Below, piece by piece: positions 10,801 through 23,838 of a DNA stretch of 64,000 bases. Under the pieces are notes generated by a model, which was given only the letters and a program-made list of their open reading frames with translations, was not told the DNA's origin and did not search any database. The first letter of the stretch is position 1. Each line of letters starts with the position of its first letter. A program made the position numbers and the translations under genes. The stretch is from Escherichia coli (GTDB lineage: Bacteria > Pseudomonadota > Gammaproteobacteria > Enterobacterales > Enterobacteriaceae), in NCBI RefSeq assembly GCF_044647545.1, contig NZ_CP172818.1, one strand, 5' to 3'.

Positions 10801-12375
10801 GTGACGCTGATCTCCCCGCCGCCGCACCACGATATCTACTCTATCGAGGACTTAGCGCAGCTCATTTTCGACCTCAAGCAGGTTAACCCGAAAGCGATGA
10901 TCTCCGTGAAGCTGGTGTCCGAACCGGGCGTCGGCACCATCGCGACTGGCGTGGCGAAAGCTTATGCGGACTTGATCACCATCGCAGGCTATGACGGCGG
11001 CACCGGCGCAAGTCCGCTTTCATCGGTGAAATACGCAGGCTGTCCGTGGGAGCTGGGGCTTGTTGAAACCCAACAGGCGCTGGTTGCCAACGGCTTGCGT
11101 CACAAGATCCGTTTGCAGGTTGATGGCGGCCTGAAAACCGGCGTTGATATCATCAAAGCGGCGATTCTCGGCGCAGAAAGCTTCGGCTTCGGCACTGGCC
11201 CGATGGTGGCGCTCGGCTGTAAATATCTGCGTATTTGCCATCTGAACAACTGCGCGACGGGTGTTGCAACTCAGGATGACAAACTGCGTAAGAATCACTA
11301 TCACGGCCTGCCGTTCAAGGTGACTAATTACTTTGAGTTTATCGCACGTGAAACCCGCGAGCTGATGGCACAGCTGGGGGTAACGCGTCTGGTGGATCTG
11401 ATTGGTCGCACCGACCTGCTGAAAGAGCTGGACGGTTTCACCGCCAAACAGCAGAAACTGGCGCTGTCGAAGCTGCTGGAAACTGCCGAGCCACATGCAG
11501 GTAAGGCACTCTACTGCACCGAAAACAACCCGCCGTTTGATAACGGCCTACTGAACGCGCAGTTGCTGCAACAGGCAAAACCGTTTGTCGATGAACGCCA
11601 GAGCAAAACCTTCTGGTTCGATATCCGCAACACCGATCGTTCTGTCGGCGCGTCGCTTTCAGGCTATATCGCCCAGACGCACGGCGATCAGGGGCTGGCT
11701 GCCGATCCGATCAAAGCATACTTCAACGGCACCGCAGGCCAGAGCTTCGGTGTGTGGAACGCGGGCGGCGTGGAACTGTATCTGACCGGCGATGCTAACG
11801 ACTATGTCGGTAAAGGCATGGCGGGCGGCTTAATTGCCATTCGTCCTCCGGTTGGCTCAGCCTTCCGCAGCCATGAAGCAAGCATTATCGGCAACACCTG
11901 CCTGTATGGCGCGACCGGAGGTCGTCTGTATGCCGCAGGCCGCGCGGGTGAACGTTTCGGCGTACGTAACTCCGGTGCTATCACCGTGGTAGAAGGCATT
12001 GGCGACAACGGCTGTGAATATATGACGGGCGGTATTGTCTGTATTCTGGGTAAAACCGGCGTTAACTTCGGCGCGGGCATGACCGGCGGCTTCGCTTACG
12101 TTCTCGATGAAAGCGGCGATTTCCGCAAACGCGTTAACCCGGAACTGGTCGAGGTCTTAAGCGTTGACGATTTGGCGATCCATGAAGAGCATCTGCGTGG
12201 TCTTATCACCGAGCATGTGCAGCATACCGGTTCCCAGCGCGGTGAAGAGATTCTGGCGAACTGGTCAACCTTCGCCACGAAATTCGCGCTGGTTAAACCG
12301 AAGTCCAGTGATGTAAAAGCACTGCTGGGTCACCGTAGTCGTAGCGCAGCAGAGTTGCGCGTGCAGGCGCAGTAA
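7822..12375 (+). CDS. gltB: Glutamate synthase (NADPH) large subunit GltB
   Basis: Long ORF 7807..12375; likely start MTRKPRRHALTVP (1517 aa); N-terminal amidotransferase with Cys after propeptide (…DNCGFGLIAHIEGEP), FMN and GXGXG domains. Confidence 0.97.
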   Translation: MTRKPRRHALTVPVRSGSEVGFPQSLGEVHDMLYDKSLERDNCGFGLIAHIEGEPSHKVVRTAIHALARMQHRGAILADGKTGDGCGLLLQKPDRFFRIVAQERGWRLAKNYAVGMLFLNKDPELAAAARRIVEEELQRETLSIVGWRDVPTNEGVLGEIALSSLPRIEQIFVNAPAGWRPRDMERRLFIARRRIEKRLEADKDFYVCSLSNLVNIYKGLCMPADLPRFYLDLADLRLESAICLFHQRFSTNTVPRWPLAQPFRYLAHNGEINTITGNRQWARARTYKFQTPLIPDLHDAAPFVNETGSDSSSMDNMLELLLAGGMDIIRAMRLLVPPAWQNNPDMDPELRAFFDFNSMHMEPWDGPAGIVMSDGRFAACNLDRNGLRPARYVITKDKLITCASEVGIWDYQPDEVVEKGRVGPGELMVIDTRSGRILHSAETDDDLKSRHPYKEWMEKNVRRLVPFEDLPDEEVGSRELDDDTLASYQKQFNYSAEELDSVIRVLGENGQEAVGSMGDDTPFAVLSSQPRIIYDYFRQQFAQVTNPPIDPLREAHVMSLATSIGREMNVFCEAEGQAHRLSFKSPILLYSDFKQLTTMKEDHYRADTLDITFDVTKTTLEATVKELCDKAEKMVRSGTVLLVLSDRNIAKDRLPVPAPMAVGAIQTRLVEQSLRCDANIIVETASARDPHHFAVLLGFGATAIYPYLAYETLGRLVDTHAIAKDYRTVMLNYRNGINKGLYKIMSKMGISTIASYRCSKLFEAVGLHDDVVGLCFQGAVSRIGGASFEDFQQDLLNLSKRAWLARKPISQGGLLKYVHGGEYHAYNPDVVRTLQQAVQSGEYSDYQEYAKLVNERPATTLRDLLAITPGENAVNIADVEPASELFKRFDTAAMSIGALSPEAHEALAEAMNSIGGNSNSGEGGEDPARYGTNKVSRIKQVASGRFGVTPAYLVNADVIQIKVAQGAKPGEGGQLPGDKVTPYIAKLRYSVPGVTLISPPPHHDIYSIEDLAQLIFDLKQVNPKAMISVKLVSEPGVGTIATGVAKAYADLITIAGYDGGTGASPLSSVKYAGCPWELGLVETQQALVANGLRHKIRLQVDGGLKTGVDIIKAAILGAESFGFGTGPMVALGCKYLRICHLNNCATGVATQDDKLRKNHYHGLPFKVTNYFEFIARETRELMAQLGVTRLVDLIGRTDLLKELDGFTAKQQKLALSKLLETAEPHAGKALYCTENNPPFDNGLLNAQLLQQAKPFVDERQSKTFWFDIRNTDRSVGASLSGYIAQTHGDQGLAADPIKAYFNGTAGQSFGVWNAGGVELYLTGDANDYVGKGMAGGLIAIRPPVGSAFRSHEASIIGNTCLYGATGGRLYAAGRAGERFGVRNSGAITVVEGIGDNGCEYMTGGIVCILGKTGVNFGAGMTGGFAYVLDESGDFRKRVNPELVEVLSVDDLAIHEEHLRGLITEHVQHTGSQRGEEILANWSTFATKFALVKPKSSDVKALLGHRSRSAAELRVQAQ

Positions 12376-13788
<1,413 letters not shown>

Positions 13789-13909
13789 GGTGTTCTGGAA
13801 AGCGCCTCGCATAATCTGAAGAAAACCAATGTAATACGCACATCTGGATTGTTACCGGCCGATGCAGATCCCGGCGTATAGCTGATTCCATTATTCAACA
13901 CTGCGCCAT

Positions 13910-15037
13910 ATGAAGGGACAGATAATGGAATCGCTCTCAGAAGGAACCACAGCAGGCTACCAGCAAATCCACGACGGCATTATTCATCTGGTCGATAGCG
14001 CCCGGACGGAAACGGTACGTAGTGTTAACGCGTTAATGACCGCCACATACTGGGAAATTGGCCGACAAATTGTCGAATTTGAACAAGGTGGCGAGACCAG
14101 GGCTGCGTATGGTGCGCAGCTAATCAAGCGACTATCAAAGGATTTAAGTCTAAGGTATAAGCGTGGGTTTTCCACCAGGAATTTATGGCAGTTTAAGAAT
14201 TTTTATATTTGTTTTCAACGAATTGAAATTGTGCAGACACTGTCTGCACAATTCACCCCCACAATTCGCCAGACACTATCTGGCGAATCTTGCCATTTAG
14301 CGCAACTTGCCAAATCTTTCCCCCTGCCCTGGTCCACTTACGTCCGTTTGCTTTCTGTTAAAAACGCTGACGCTCGTAGCTTTTATGAGAAAGAAACACT
14401 CCGCTGTGGCTGGTCTGCTCGTCAGCTCGAACGGCAAATTGCGACCCAATTTTATGAGCGGACACTACTGTCACATGACAAATCAGCCATGCTGCAACAA
14501 CACGCTCCTGCCGAGACGCATATTCTTCCGCAACGGGCGATACGCGATCCCTTTGTGCTCGAATTTCTGGAATTGAAAGATGAATATTCAGAATCCGATT
14601 TTGAGGAGGCGCTGATCAACCACCTGATGGATTTCATGCTGGAACTTGGGGATGATTTTGCCTTTGTTAGTCGACAGCGAAGGTTACGCATTGATGACAA
14701 CTGGTTTCGTGTCGATCTGCTGTTTTTCCACCGCCGTTTACGCTGCCTGCTAATCGTCGATCTAAAAGTGGGCAAATTCAGCTATAGCGATGCCGGACAG
14801 ATGAATATGTATCTCAACTACGCCAAAGAGCACTGGACGCTACCGGATGAAAATCCGCCCATCGGTCTGATTCTCTGTGCAGAGAAAGGAGTCGGAGAAG
14901 CGCATTATGCACTGGCTGGTTTACCTAACACCGTTCTGGCGAGTGAATATAAGATGCAACTACCTGATGAAAAACGACTCGCGGATGAACTCGTTCGAAC
15001 ACAGGCGGTGTTAGAGGAAGGCTATAGACGCCGTTAA
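13910..15037 (+). CDS. yhcG: DUF1016-family (PD-(D/E)XK nuclease-like) protein YhcG
   Basis: 375-aa ORF; length matches YhcG; contains two of the palindromic repeats described below. Confidence 0.85.
   Translation: MKGQIMESLSEGTTAGYQQIHDGIIHLVDSARTETVRSVNALMTATYWEIGRQIVEFEQGGETRAAYGAQLIKRLSKDLSLRYKRGFSTRNLWQFKNFYICFQRIEIVQTLSAQFTPTIRQTLSGESCHLAQLAKSFPLPWSTYVRLLSVKNADARSFYEKETLRCGWSARQLERQIATQFYERTLLSHDKSAMLQQHAPAETHILPQRAIRDPFVLEFLELKDEYSESDFEEALINHLMDFMLELGDDFAFVSRQRRLRIDDNWFRVDLLFFHRRLRCLLIVDLKVGKFSYSDAGQMNMYLNYAKEHWTLPDENPPIGLILCAEKGVGEAHYALAGLPNTVLASEYKMQLPDEKRLADELVRTQAVLEEGYRRR
14227..14253. repeat. Palindrome copy 1 (aattgtgcagaca-c-tgtctgcacaatt), perfect 13-bp arms, inside yhcG
   Basis: Read directly; shares the core cagacaCtgtctg with copies 2 and 3. 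Confidence 0.9.
14263..14288. repeat. Palindrome copy 2 (aattcgccagaca-c-tatctggcgaat), one arm mismatch, inside yhcG
   Basis: Read directly; 36 bp downstream of copy 1. Confidence 0.85.
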
Positions 15038-15041
15038 TTTC

Positions 15042-15069
15042 AGCGGTTTCGAATTCTCCAGACACTGTC
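15042..15069. repeat. Palindrome copy 3 (gaattctccagaca-c-tgtctggagaatc), immediately 3' of the yhcG stop codon
   Basis: Read directly; same core, non-coding location. Confidence 0.9.
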
Positions 15070-15096
15070 TGGAGAATCTTTAAAACGAACTAAGTT

Positions 15097-16429
<1,333 letters not shown>

Positions 16430-16433
<4 letters not shown>

Positions 16434-17119
16434 AGCACCGCCTTTTTCATCGCTGTGTTGTACCACTGACAAATGTGTTCAAGACGCGTAATGGCAGAAC
16501 CGACCGTCACCGCCCACGCGCCGTGGCGCATCGCATCCGCCGCCTGAGCAGGCGTGTTGTAACGCCCTTCGGCAATCACCCGACATCCGGCGTCGCTCAA
16601 CGTTTTCACCAGCGCCAGATCCGGCTCTTCTGGCGTTTCAGGTGTGGTATAGCCAGAAAGCGTGGTGCCAATAATTTCGGCTCCCAGCTTTTGGCAAGCC
16701 AGGCCGTCTTCCGGCGTTGAGCAGTCGGTCATCGCCAGTAAACCGTGATGGTGAATACGTGCCAGCAGCGTTTCAACAGGCACCGGACGCGGACGATCGG
16801 TGCCATCAATCGCGATGATATCCGCGCCTGCCTGCGCCAGCGCATCGACATCTTCAATATAGGCCGTGATGCGTACCGGAGAATCCTCCAGATCGCGTTT
16901 CACAATCCCGATAATCGGCACACTCACCACCGCACGCGTGGCTTGCAGATTTGCCACACCTTCAATGCGAATGGCGACCGCACCCGCCTGCTCTGCAGCT
17001 AATGCCATGGCGGCGACGATTTCGGGTTTATCGAGCGGGCTGTCAGGAACCGGCTGGCAGGAGACAATCAGGCCACCGTTAGCAGCGATTTTTTGATCCA
17101 GTTGTGCAAGTAACGACAT
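16430..17119 (-). CDS. nanE: N-acetylmannosamine-6-phosphate 2-epimerase NanE
   Basis: ORF 16430..17161; likely start [22 protein letters not shown] (229 aa); ATGA overlap with nanK. Confidence 0.93.
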
Positions 17120-17166
17120 ACATCTTCCCTTAGCGAAAGGCCCGGTACAGAGACCGGGCAACAGGA

Positions 17167-18657
17167 TTAACTTTTGGTTTTGACTAAATCGTTTTTGGCG
17201 CTGCCAAACGGCACGGCACCGCTAAATGGTTTGCCGTCGATAGCGTCATGAGTACGCAATGCTTCCGGGCGCAGCCAACGCTGAACGCGAGAAGGCATAT
17301 CCAGACCAATCAGCAGGATCACCACAAACGTCAAACTGAACGAGAGCGATGCCAGCGCAGTACCCAGATCCAGACGTTGAGCGATCAACGCGCCGATGAT
17401 TGGGGCCAGTGCGCCGCCCAATGCGCCAACGTTGTAGGTAAAGCCCAGGCCCGCTGCACGCTGGTCGGTATCGAAATAACCGCCAATCAGTTTCGGTAAG
17501 ATCCCGGCGATCCCTTGTCCAAGCATTTGCTGGAAGAACAGTAACAGACCGAGCACCCAGACGTTTGCGCCGCCAATCGCAAATACCGGAATAATCAGCA
17601 GCTGCGAGGCCAGCAGACTACAAACGTACGCTTTGCGGGTTCCCAGCCAGTCACCGAGGAAGCCACCGACGCAGCACCCCACCGCCGCGCCAAAGCCACT
17701 AAAGAACAGCACATTGGCGACAGTATGCGGGTCATAAGCCAGATCGGTTTTCAGATATGTTGGCAGCAGCGCCTGAATCGGCCATGAGTAGAGGAAAGCA
17801 AACAACACGACCACCATCAGCATTACGCCCGTTGGCCAGCGTTTGCCCGTACTCTGCACCATAAAGCTGATAAAGATTGCGGCGCATAACAGCCCAAGAA
17901 CAGCGACGATCGCGGCATTTTGCAGGTTACCGGCGAAGCAGAACCACAGCGCAGTAGCCGCCGCCAGTGTCATTACGATATTGGCAATGCGATGTTCACC
18001 ACGGTAGAGAATATCCACCATTGTGCGTACCGGTGCTTTACCCCCGTGTTTCTCTTTCCAGTCTTCCGCTTCCGGGATGTTTTTACGCAGCCAGAGAGCA
18101 AAGATGATTGGCAAAATGCCGATAAAGAACAGCGCACGCCAGCCCCAGACCGGAACCACCAGACTATAGACCTGAGCGGCAACGACGGCCCCCACTGAGA
18201 AGCCTGAAATCAGAAAACCACTGGCTTTGTTACGCAGATGCTTTGGCCAGCTTTCAATGACATAGGTGGCGCTGGAACCGTATTCACCCGCCATCCCCAT
18301 GCCGATGACCAGACGAGCGATAAACATGGTGATGTAGCCTGGCGCAAAGCCGCAGGCCAGCGTCCCGGCCGAGAAGAGAACGATGCTGGTGACCATTGCC
18401 AGACGACGCCCGTAGCGGTCACCCATAGCGCCGAGCATCAGGCCGCCGAACCAGCGAGAGATAAAGGCTGCGGAGATCAGACTTGCCGCCTGCACCGTCG
18501 TGAGCCCGAATTCACCCTGTACTTCGGTGAGTACTAGGGCGATTAAAACGAAATCAAAACCGTCAAGCAGATATCCCAACCAGGCAGCGGAAAATGCCCG
18601 CCATTGTGCGCGGTTAAGATGGCGATACCACGGGATATTCTGGGTTGTAGTACTCAT
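17167..18657 (-). CDS. nanT: Sialic acid transporter NanT (MFS)
   Basis: ORF 17167..18687; likely start [19 protein letters not shown] (496 aa); multi-TM MFS protein. Confidence 0.93.
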
Positions 18658-18728
18658 TGTGAGTCTCCCGCGGTGGGCGATGCCCACACGCTTTGGTATG
18701 AAAATTGTAGGGTACAGATGCGTTTATT

Positions 18729-18759
18729 TCCCCTCACCCGGTAGGGGCGAGCGAGGGGA
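18729..18759. repeat. GC-rich imperfect inverted repeat in the nanT-nanA intergenic region (tcccctcacccggtaggggcgagcgagggga)
   Basis: Read directly; related to the element at 36576-36612 (shared cccctc ... aggggcgag ... gagggg); family name not assigned. Confidence 0.5.
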
Positions 18760-18765
18760 AAAAAC

Positions 18766-19659
18766 TCACCCGCGCTCTTGCATCAACTGCTGGGCCAGCG
18801 CCTTCAGTTCTGGCAGATATTTTTCATCTACCGGACCAAACGGTTTGCGGCACAGCGGCACAGAAACGACATCCATATAATGCAGGACAGTTTTCAGGCC
18901 GCGGAATACGCCCGTTTTGATCAGTAAATCAATGACTTTGTTGCACTCAGTTTGCAGTTTCTGCGCGGTCTGGATATCGCCTTCTTTCAGCGCCTTAACA
19001 ATGCCCTGATAACGCCAGCCCATGATGTTGTAGGTACTACCGATACCACCATCAGCGCCCGCCAGAAGACCAGAGGCGAAGATTTCGTCGTAACCGTTAT
19101 AGAGCACCAGATCAGGATGTTCACGACGGATCTGCTCCATCTGATAGAGATCGCCAGAAGTCTGTTTCAGCGCACCGACGCCAGGCAACGTAACAAGTGT
19201 GTTGATCTGATCCAGGGTAAGTTTTACCCCACTCAGGGCTGGAATGTTGTACACCACCATCGGCAAACCATCCGCTGAATCAATAATTGCCCGATAGTGA
19301 TCGCAGTGTTCTTCAAAGCTGAAAGGATAGTAGAACGGCGTAACGGCAGAGACGGCATCGAAGCCATAACGTTTAGCCGATGCCGCAAGTTGTTGGCTTT
19401 CAGCAGTGCTGACGCAACCTACGTGAGCGATGAGTTTAATCTTGCCTTTCGCCTCTTCGGCGACGATTTCCAGTACCTGTTCACGCTCGGAAAGGCTTTG
19501 TACAAAGGCTTCGCCGGTAGAACCACCCACGTATAAACCGTCGATGCCCTGCTGAATATTGAACTGAACCAGGCGACGCAGACTCGCTTTATCCAGTGCT
19601 TGTTGTTGATCAAAAGGAGTCAGGAGTGCGGCCATTACGCCACGTAAATTCGTTGCCAT
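18766..19659 (-). CDS. nanA: N-acetylneuraminate lyase NanA
   Basis: 297-aa [53 protein letters not shown]...; DHDPS/NAL family. Confidence 0.96.
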
Positions 19660-19694
19660 AAATACCTCTGAAGTGATGCTTGTCTGATAAACGA

Positions 19695-19717
19695 TATACC
19701 TTTATACCTGTTATACC
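19695..19717 (-). promoter_or_regulatory. NanR operator: three GGTATA repeats (read on the minus strand) in the nanA promoter
   Basis: Plus strand shows tatacc x3 (19695-19700, 19703-19708, 19712-19717); reverse complement GGTATAACAGGTATAAAGGTATA matches the known NanR operator. Confidence 0.8.
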
Positions 19718-19780
19718 AGATCAATTAAGCAACACCCCATACAGAAAGCTTATAATGCGATCTGCTTCACTAAAGTGGCA

Positions 19781-20572
19781 TTATTTCTTTTTGTTGGTGG
19801 TCTGACCGAAGGCGTGCCAGGTAGCAGAGACGCTGTTGAGATGCGATTGCAACGCGCGATCGGCTTCATCGGGATCGTGGCGGCGGATCGCGTCAACGAT
19901 CGCAATATGCTGTTGATAGCTAACGTTGTTATGCTCGTGCAGAGCCTGATCAGCCACGGTTGGACGTGCGGCGATCAGCCAGTCGAGCAGGGCAACGTGG
20001 ATCGCCATGAAGATTGGGTTACCGGGGATCTCCGCCAGCACGCGGTGGAAATCAACGTCTGAACGAATGAATGCCGCGTTGTTATCCAGCGACTGACTGT
20101 TGATTTCCAGTGCTTTTGCCAGCAAATCGATTTGCTCATCGGTGGCGTGTTCAGCCGCATAGCGCACCAGGCTGGATTCAAAGAACAGACGTAATTGTTC
20201 GAAATGGGCAATCCCGCCAGGATGAGAAAGGAAATCTTTCGCCATGCCGGAAAGCTCGCCGATGATGGTGTCCGCAGAAGGACGTGAGACGCGAGCGCGT
20301 TCGCCGTTGTTTATCTGCACCAGACCTTTGCGTTTTAACGCTGCCAGCGCTTCACGCACCGAAGGACGCCCGACATTAAAGAACGCCATCAGTTCGCGTT
20401 CAGACGGTAATTGTTCACCTTCGCCAAATTCACGACGGCGGATCATCTGTTCCAGCTCTTCTTCCACCATTTCGGAGAGTTTTTTACGCGCCAGCGGGCG
20501 GCTGCGTAAGTTGCGGCCAATTACAGGTGAAGAATCTTCGGTTTGCGAATCAAATGCGTTCATAAGGCCCAT
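19781..20572 (-). CDS. nanR: Transcriptional repressor NanR (GntR/FadR family)
   Basis: 263-aa ORF with N-terminal wHTH; divergently placed upstream of the nan operon. Confidence 0.95.
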   Translation of the reverse strand: MGLMNAFDSQTEDSSPVIGRNLRSRPLARKKLSEMVEEELEQMIRRREFGEGEQLPSERELMAFFNVGRPSVREALAALKRKGLVQINNGERARVSRPSADTIIGELSGMAKDFLSHPGGIAHFEQLRLFFESSLVRYAAEHATDEQIDLLAKALEINSQSLDNNAAFIRSDVDFHRVLAEIPGNPIFMAIHVALLDWLIAARPTVADQALHEHNNVSYQQHIAIVDAIRRHDPDEADRALQSHLNSVSATWHAFGQTTNKKK

Positions 20573-20951
20573 TCTGTAAGGTCAGTGTGATTAACATCAT
20601 CAGTGACATCCTATCACAGGATTGAAAGTAGGGGGAAATGGCGGGGTTTTCTCTTTGTGCCTCATCATTACTATGATTAACTGAATAATTAACTATTGCG
20701 AAAAATTAATGTAACGCAGATAAAAACATCCCGATTGAATTATTCATAAGACTATTAACAAGTATTATGAATATTATGAATGTGTTCTTACAAAATAATC
20801 ATAAGCGCATATTTTTTAATGAAAAATCACCTCATCTACAATTAAAAACACGACATCCGCACCATAAATAGCCTTGCAAAAAATATAACATCATTGTTTT
20901 CAATCTGCCGTTTATGGGATTGACCGTTTTCTTTTGACACGGAGTTCAACA

Positions 20952-22319
20952 ATGTTCGGCATAATTATATCTGTCATCGTATTAATTACGATGGGCTATT
21001 TGATCCTGAAAAACTACAAACCTCAGGTGGTGCTGGCTGCCGCAGGTATCTTCCTGATGATGTGCGGTGTCTGGTTAGGGTTCGGTGGTGTGCTCGATCC
21101 CGCCAAAAGCAGCGGCTACTTGATCGTCGATATTTATAATGAAATCCTGCGCATGCTGTCCAACCGCATTGCCGGATTGGGGCTGTCGATTATGGCAGTG
21201 GGCGGTTATGCCCGCTATATGGAGCGCATAGGGGCAAGTCGCGCGATGGTGAGCTTGTTAAGCCGCCCGTTAAAACTCATTCGCTCGCCGTATATTATTC
21301 TGTCGGCAACTTACGTCATCGGCCAAATCATGGCGCAGTTTATTACCAGCGCCTCCGGTCTGGGTATGTTGCTGATGGTCACCTTATTTCCGACGCTGGT
21401 GAGTCTGGGAGTAAGTCGTCTCTCTGCGGTGGCGGTTATCGCAACCACCATGTCCATTGAGTGGGGGATTCTGGAAACGAACTCCATTTTTGCTGCCCAG
21501 GTCGCAGGAATGAAAATTGCCACTTACTTCTTCCACTACCAGCTTCCGGTCGCCTCTTGCGTCATTATCTCGGTGGCGATCTCCCACTTTTTCGTGCAAC
21601 GCGCTTTCGACAAAAAAGATAAAAATATCAATCACGAACAGGCAGAGCAAAAAGCTCTCGATAATGTCCCACCGCTCTATTACGCCATTTTACCGGTGAT
21701 GCCGTTAATCCTGATGCTCGGCTCGCTGTTCCTTGCCCACGTCGGGCTGATGCAGTCAGAACTGCATCTGGTGGTGGTGATGTTACTGAGTTTGACGGTG
21801 ACGATGTTTGTTGAGTTCTTCCGCAAGCATAACTTGCGCGAAACAATGGACGATGTGCAGGCGTTTTTTGACGGCATGGGTACGCAGTTTGCCAACGTGG
21901 TAACGCTGGTGGTCGCGGGTGAAATATTTGCGAAAGGCTTAACGACGATTGGCACTGTCGATGCGGTTATCAGGGGGGCGGAGCATTCTGGTCTGGGCGG
22001 TATTGGCGTGATGATTATTATGGCGCTGGTCATTGCCATTTGTGCCATCGTGATGGGCTCAGGCAATGCGCCGTTTATGTCATTTGCCAGTCTTATTCCG
22101 AATATCGCAGCCGGACTACATGTACCAGCGGTTGTAATGATTATGCCGATGCATTTTGCCACGACGTTAGCGCGCGCTGTTTCGCCGATTACTGCGGTGG
22201 TGGTCGTTACGTCAGGAATTGCAGGCGTTTCGCCTTTTGCGGTAGTGAAGCGGACAGCGATCCCCATGGCAGTCGGTTTCGTGGTGAATATGATTGCCAC
22301 TATCACGCTATTTTATTAA
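20952..22319 (+). CDS. dcuD: C4-dicarboxylate transporter DcuD (DcuC family)
   Basis: ORF 20934..22319; likely start [20 protein letters not shown] (455 aa); multi-TM. Confidence 0.9.
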   Translation: MFGIIISVIVLITMGYLILKNYKPQVVLAAAGIFLMMCGVWLGFGGVLDPAKSSGYLIVDIYNEILRMLSNRIAGLGLSIMAVGGYARYMERIGASRAMVSLLSRPLKLIRSPYIILSATYVIGQIMAQFITSASGLGMLLMVTLFPTLVSLGVSRLSAVAVIATTMSIEWGILETNSIFAAQVAGMKIATYFFHYQLPVASCVIISVAISHFFVQRAFDKKDKNINHEQAEQKALDNVPPLYYAILPVMPLILMLGSLFLAHVGLMQSELHLVVVMLLSLTVTMFVEFFRKHNLRETMDDVQAFFDGMGTQFANVVTLVVAGEIFAKGLTTIGTVDAVIRGAEHSGLGGIGVMIIMALVIAICAIVMGSGNAPFMSFASLIPNIAAGLHVPAVVMIMPMHFATTLARAVSPITAVVVVTSGIAGVSPFAVVKRTAIPMAVGFVVNMIATITLFY

Positions 22320-22332
22320 GCGATTAAAAAGA

Positions 22333-22358
22333 CAAAACAGGCCGCCAGGGCCTGTTTT
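22333..22358. terminator. Intrinsic terminator hairpin between convergent dcuD and sspB
   Basis: caggcc-gccag-ggcctg followed by TTTT, with an A-run upstream (possibly bidirectional). Confidence 0.6.
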
Positions 22359-22362
22359 AGTA

Positions 22363-22860
22363 TTACTTCACAACGCGTAATGCTGGTCGACCACCACGTG
22401 GTGGCTGCGGTGGTTCATCGTCAGGATGAGTGTCATCATCGTGATCTGGCTTGTCGCCATCAATAACCGACATAACGGTTTCGTTGTCTGCCGATGCCTC
22501 TTCATCATTCATGATGCTGGCATCTTCATCGTAGGCAGCTTCAGGTTCAAACATCGTGCCTGCGCCATTTTCACGGGCGTAGATAGCCAGCACGGCAGCC
22601 AGCGGCACAGAAACCTGACGCGGAATGCCACCAAAGCGCGCGTTAAAGCGCACCTCATCATTCGCCAGTTCCAGATTGCCGACAGCTCGCGGCGCAATGT
22701 TGAGTACGATTTGCCCGTCACGCGCATATTCCATAGGAACCTGCACGCCAGGGAGCGTCACATCCACCACCAGGTGCGGCGTGAGCTGGTTATCCAGCAA
22801 CCACTCATAGAATGCACGCAGCAGATAGGGACGACGTGGTGTTAGCTGTGACAAATCCAT
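22363..22860 (-). CDS. sspB: ClpXP adaptor / stringent starvation protein B
   Basis: 165-aa ORF MDLSQLTPRRPYLLRAFYEWLLDNQLTPHLVVD... with acidic C-terminal tail ending ...GGRPALRVVK. Confidence 0.96.
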   Translation of the reverse strand: MDLSQLTPRRPYLLRAFYEWLLDNQLTPHLVVDVTLPGVQVPMEYARDGQIVLNIAPRAVGNLELANDEVRFNARFGGIPRQVSVPLAAVLAIYARENGAGTMFEPEAAYDEDASIMNDEEASADNETVMSVIDGDKPDHDDDTHPDDEPPQPPRGGRPALRVVK

Positions 22861-22865
22861 ACAGA

Positions 22866-23504
22866 TTAACTCCGGCCCAGACGCATTTCACGTTCAGCTT
22901 CAGTTAAAGAAGCAAGGAAAGAGTCACGCTCAAAGACGCGGGTCATATAGCCTTTCAGCTCTTTCGCACCCGGGCCGCTGAACTCGATACCCAGTTGCGG
23001 CAGACGCCACAGCAGCGGAGCAAGGTAGCAATCGACCAGGCTGAATTCATCGCTCAGGAAGTACGGCTTCTGGCCGAAGACCGGCGCAATCGCCAGCAGT
23101 TCTTCGCGCAGTTGCTTACGTGCGGCATCTGCTTCAGAAGCTGAACCGTTGATGATGGTGTTCATCAGCGTGTACCAGTCTTTTTCGATGCGATGCATGT
23201 ACAGACGGCTTTCACCGCGAGCTACCGGGTAAACAGGCATCAGTGGCGGATGCGGGAAACGCTCATCCAGATATTCCATAATGATGCGAGATTCCCACAG
23301 GGTCAGCTCACGATCCACCAGGGTCGGAACGCTCTGATTCGGGTTGAGGTCAATCAGATCCTGAGGCGGATTGTCCTTTTCCACGTGTTCGATCTCGAAA
23401 CTTACACCTTTCTCAGCCAGCACAATGCGGACCTGATGGCTATAGATGTCAGTAGGACCGGAAAACAGCGTCATTACCGAACGTTTGTTGGCAGCGACAG
23501 CCAT
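22866..23504 (-). CDS. sspA: Stringent starvation protein A (GST-like, RNAP-associated)
   Basis: 212-aa ORF MAVAANKRSVMTLFSGPTDIYSHQVRIVLAEKGV... Confidence 0.96.
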   Translation of the reverse strand: MAVAANKRSVMTLFSGPTDIYSHQVRIVLAEKGVSFEIEHVEKDNPPQDLIDLNPNQSVPTLVDRELTLWESRIIMEYLDERFPHPPLMPVYPVARGESRLYMHRIEKDWYTLMNTIINGSASEADAARKQLREELLAIAPVFGQKPYFLSDEFSLVDCYLAPLLWRLPQLGIEFSGPGAKELKGYMTRVFERDSFLASLTEAEREMRLGRS

Positions 23505-23838
23505 GAAAACCTCCAGGTATAGTCAGAATTTTTACTGCTACCAGCCACCAGGTGGCCAGTCAGAAGTTGTGTTACCCAGTAAGGAACGACTCTCTTTGTT
23601 CGAAAATCAAACAAAAAATGAGCAATACCCGACATTTGGGCAGAAAATTGGATGATAGTTTACCAGATTTTGCGACCTTTGTGGTGAGTCGATGCCGGAA
23701 ATGGGGAAAAAGAGATGCGCTTTAGTCTGAAATAGTTGACTTAGTCCCTTATTGGCGATGTGGTTTTTGTTTTGCCTGTTGTCAGACGGCAGCAAAAAGC
23801 AACTTTCCATTTTTTACGCTGATTCAGAATTTAGCCAT

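Noticed and set aside
20763-20780. Tandem 9-bp repeat (tattatgaa x2) in the AT-rich dcuD upstream region
   Set aside because: Short repeats of this kind are expected by chance in AT-rich promoter DNA; no evidence of a functional site.
23607-23810. 67-aa minus-strand ORF in the sspA-rpsI intergenic region
   Set aside because: Lies in the sspA promoter/leader region with no ribosome-binding site and unremarkable composition; probably spurious.
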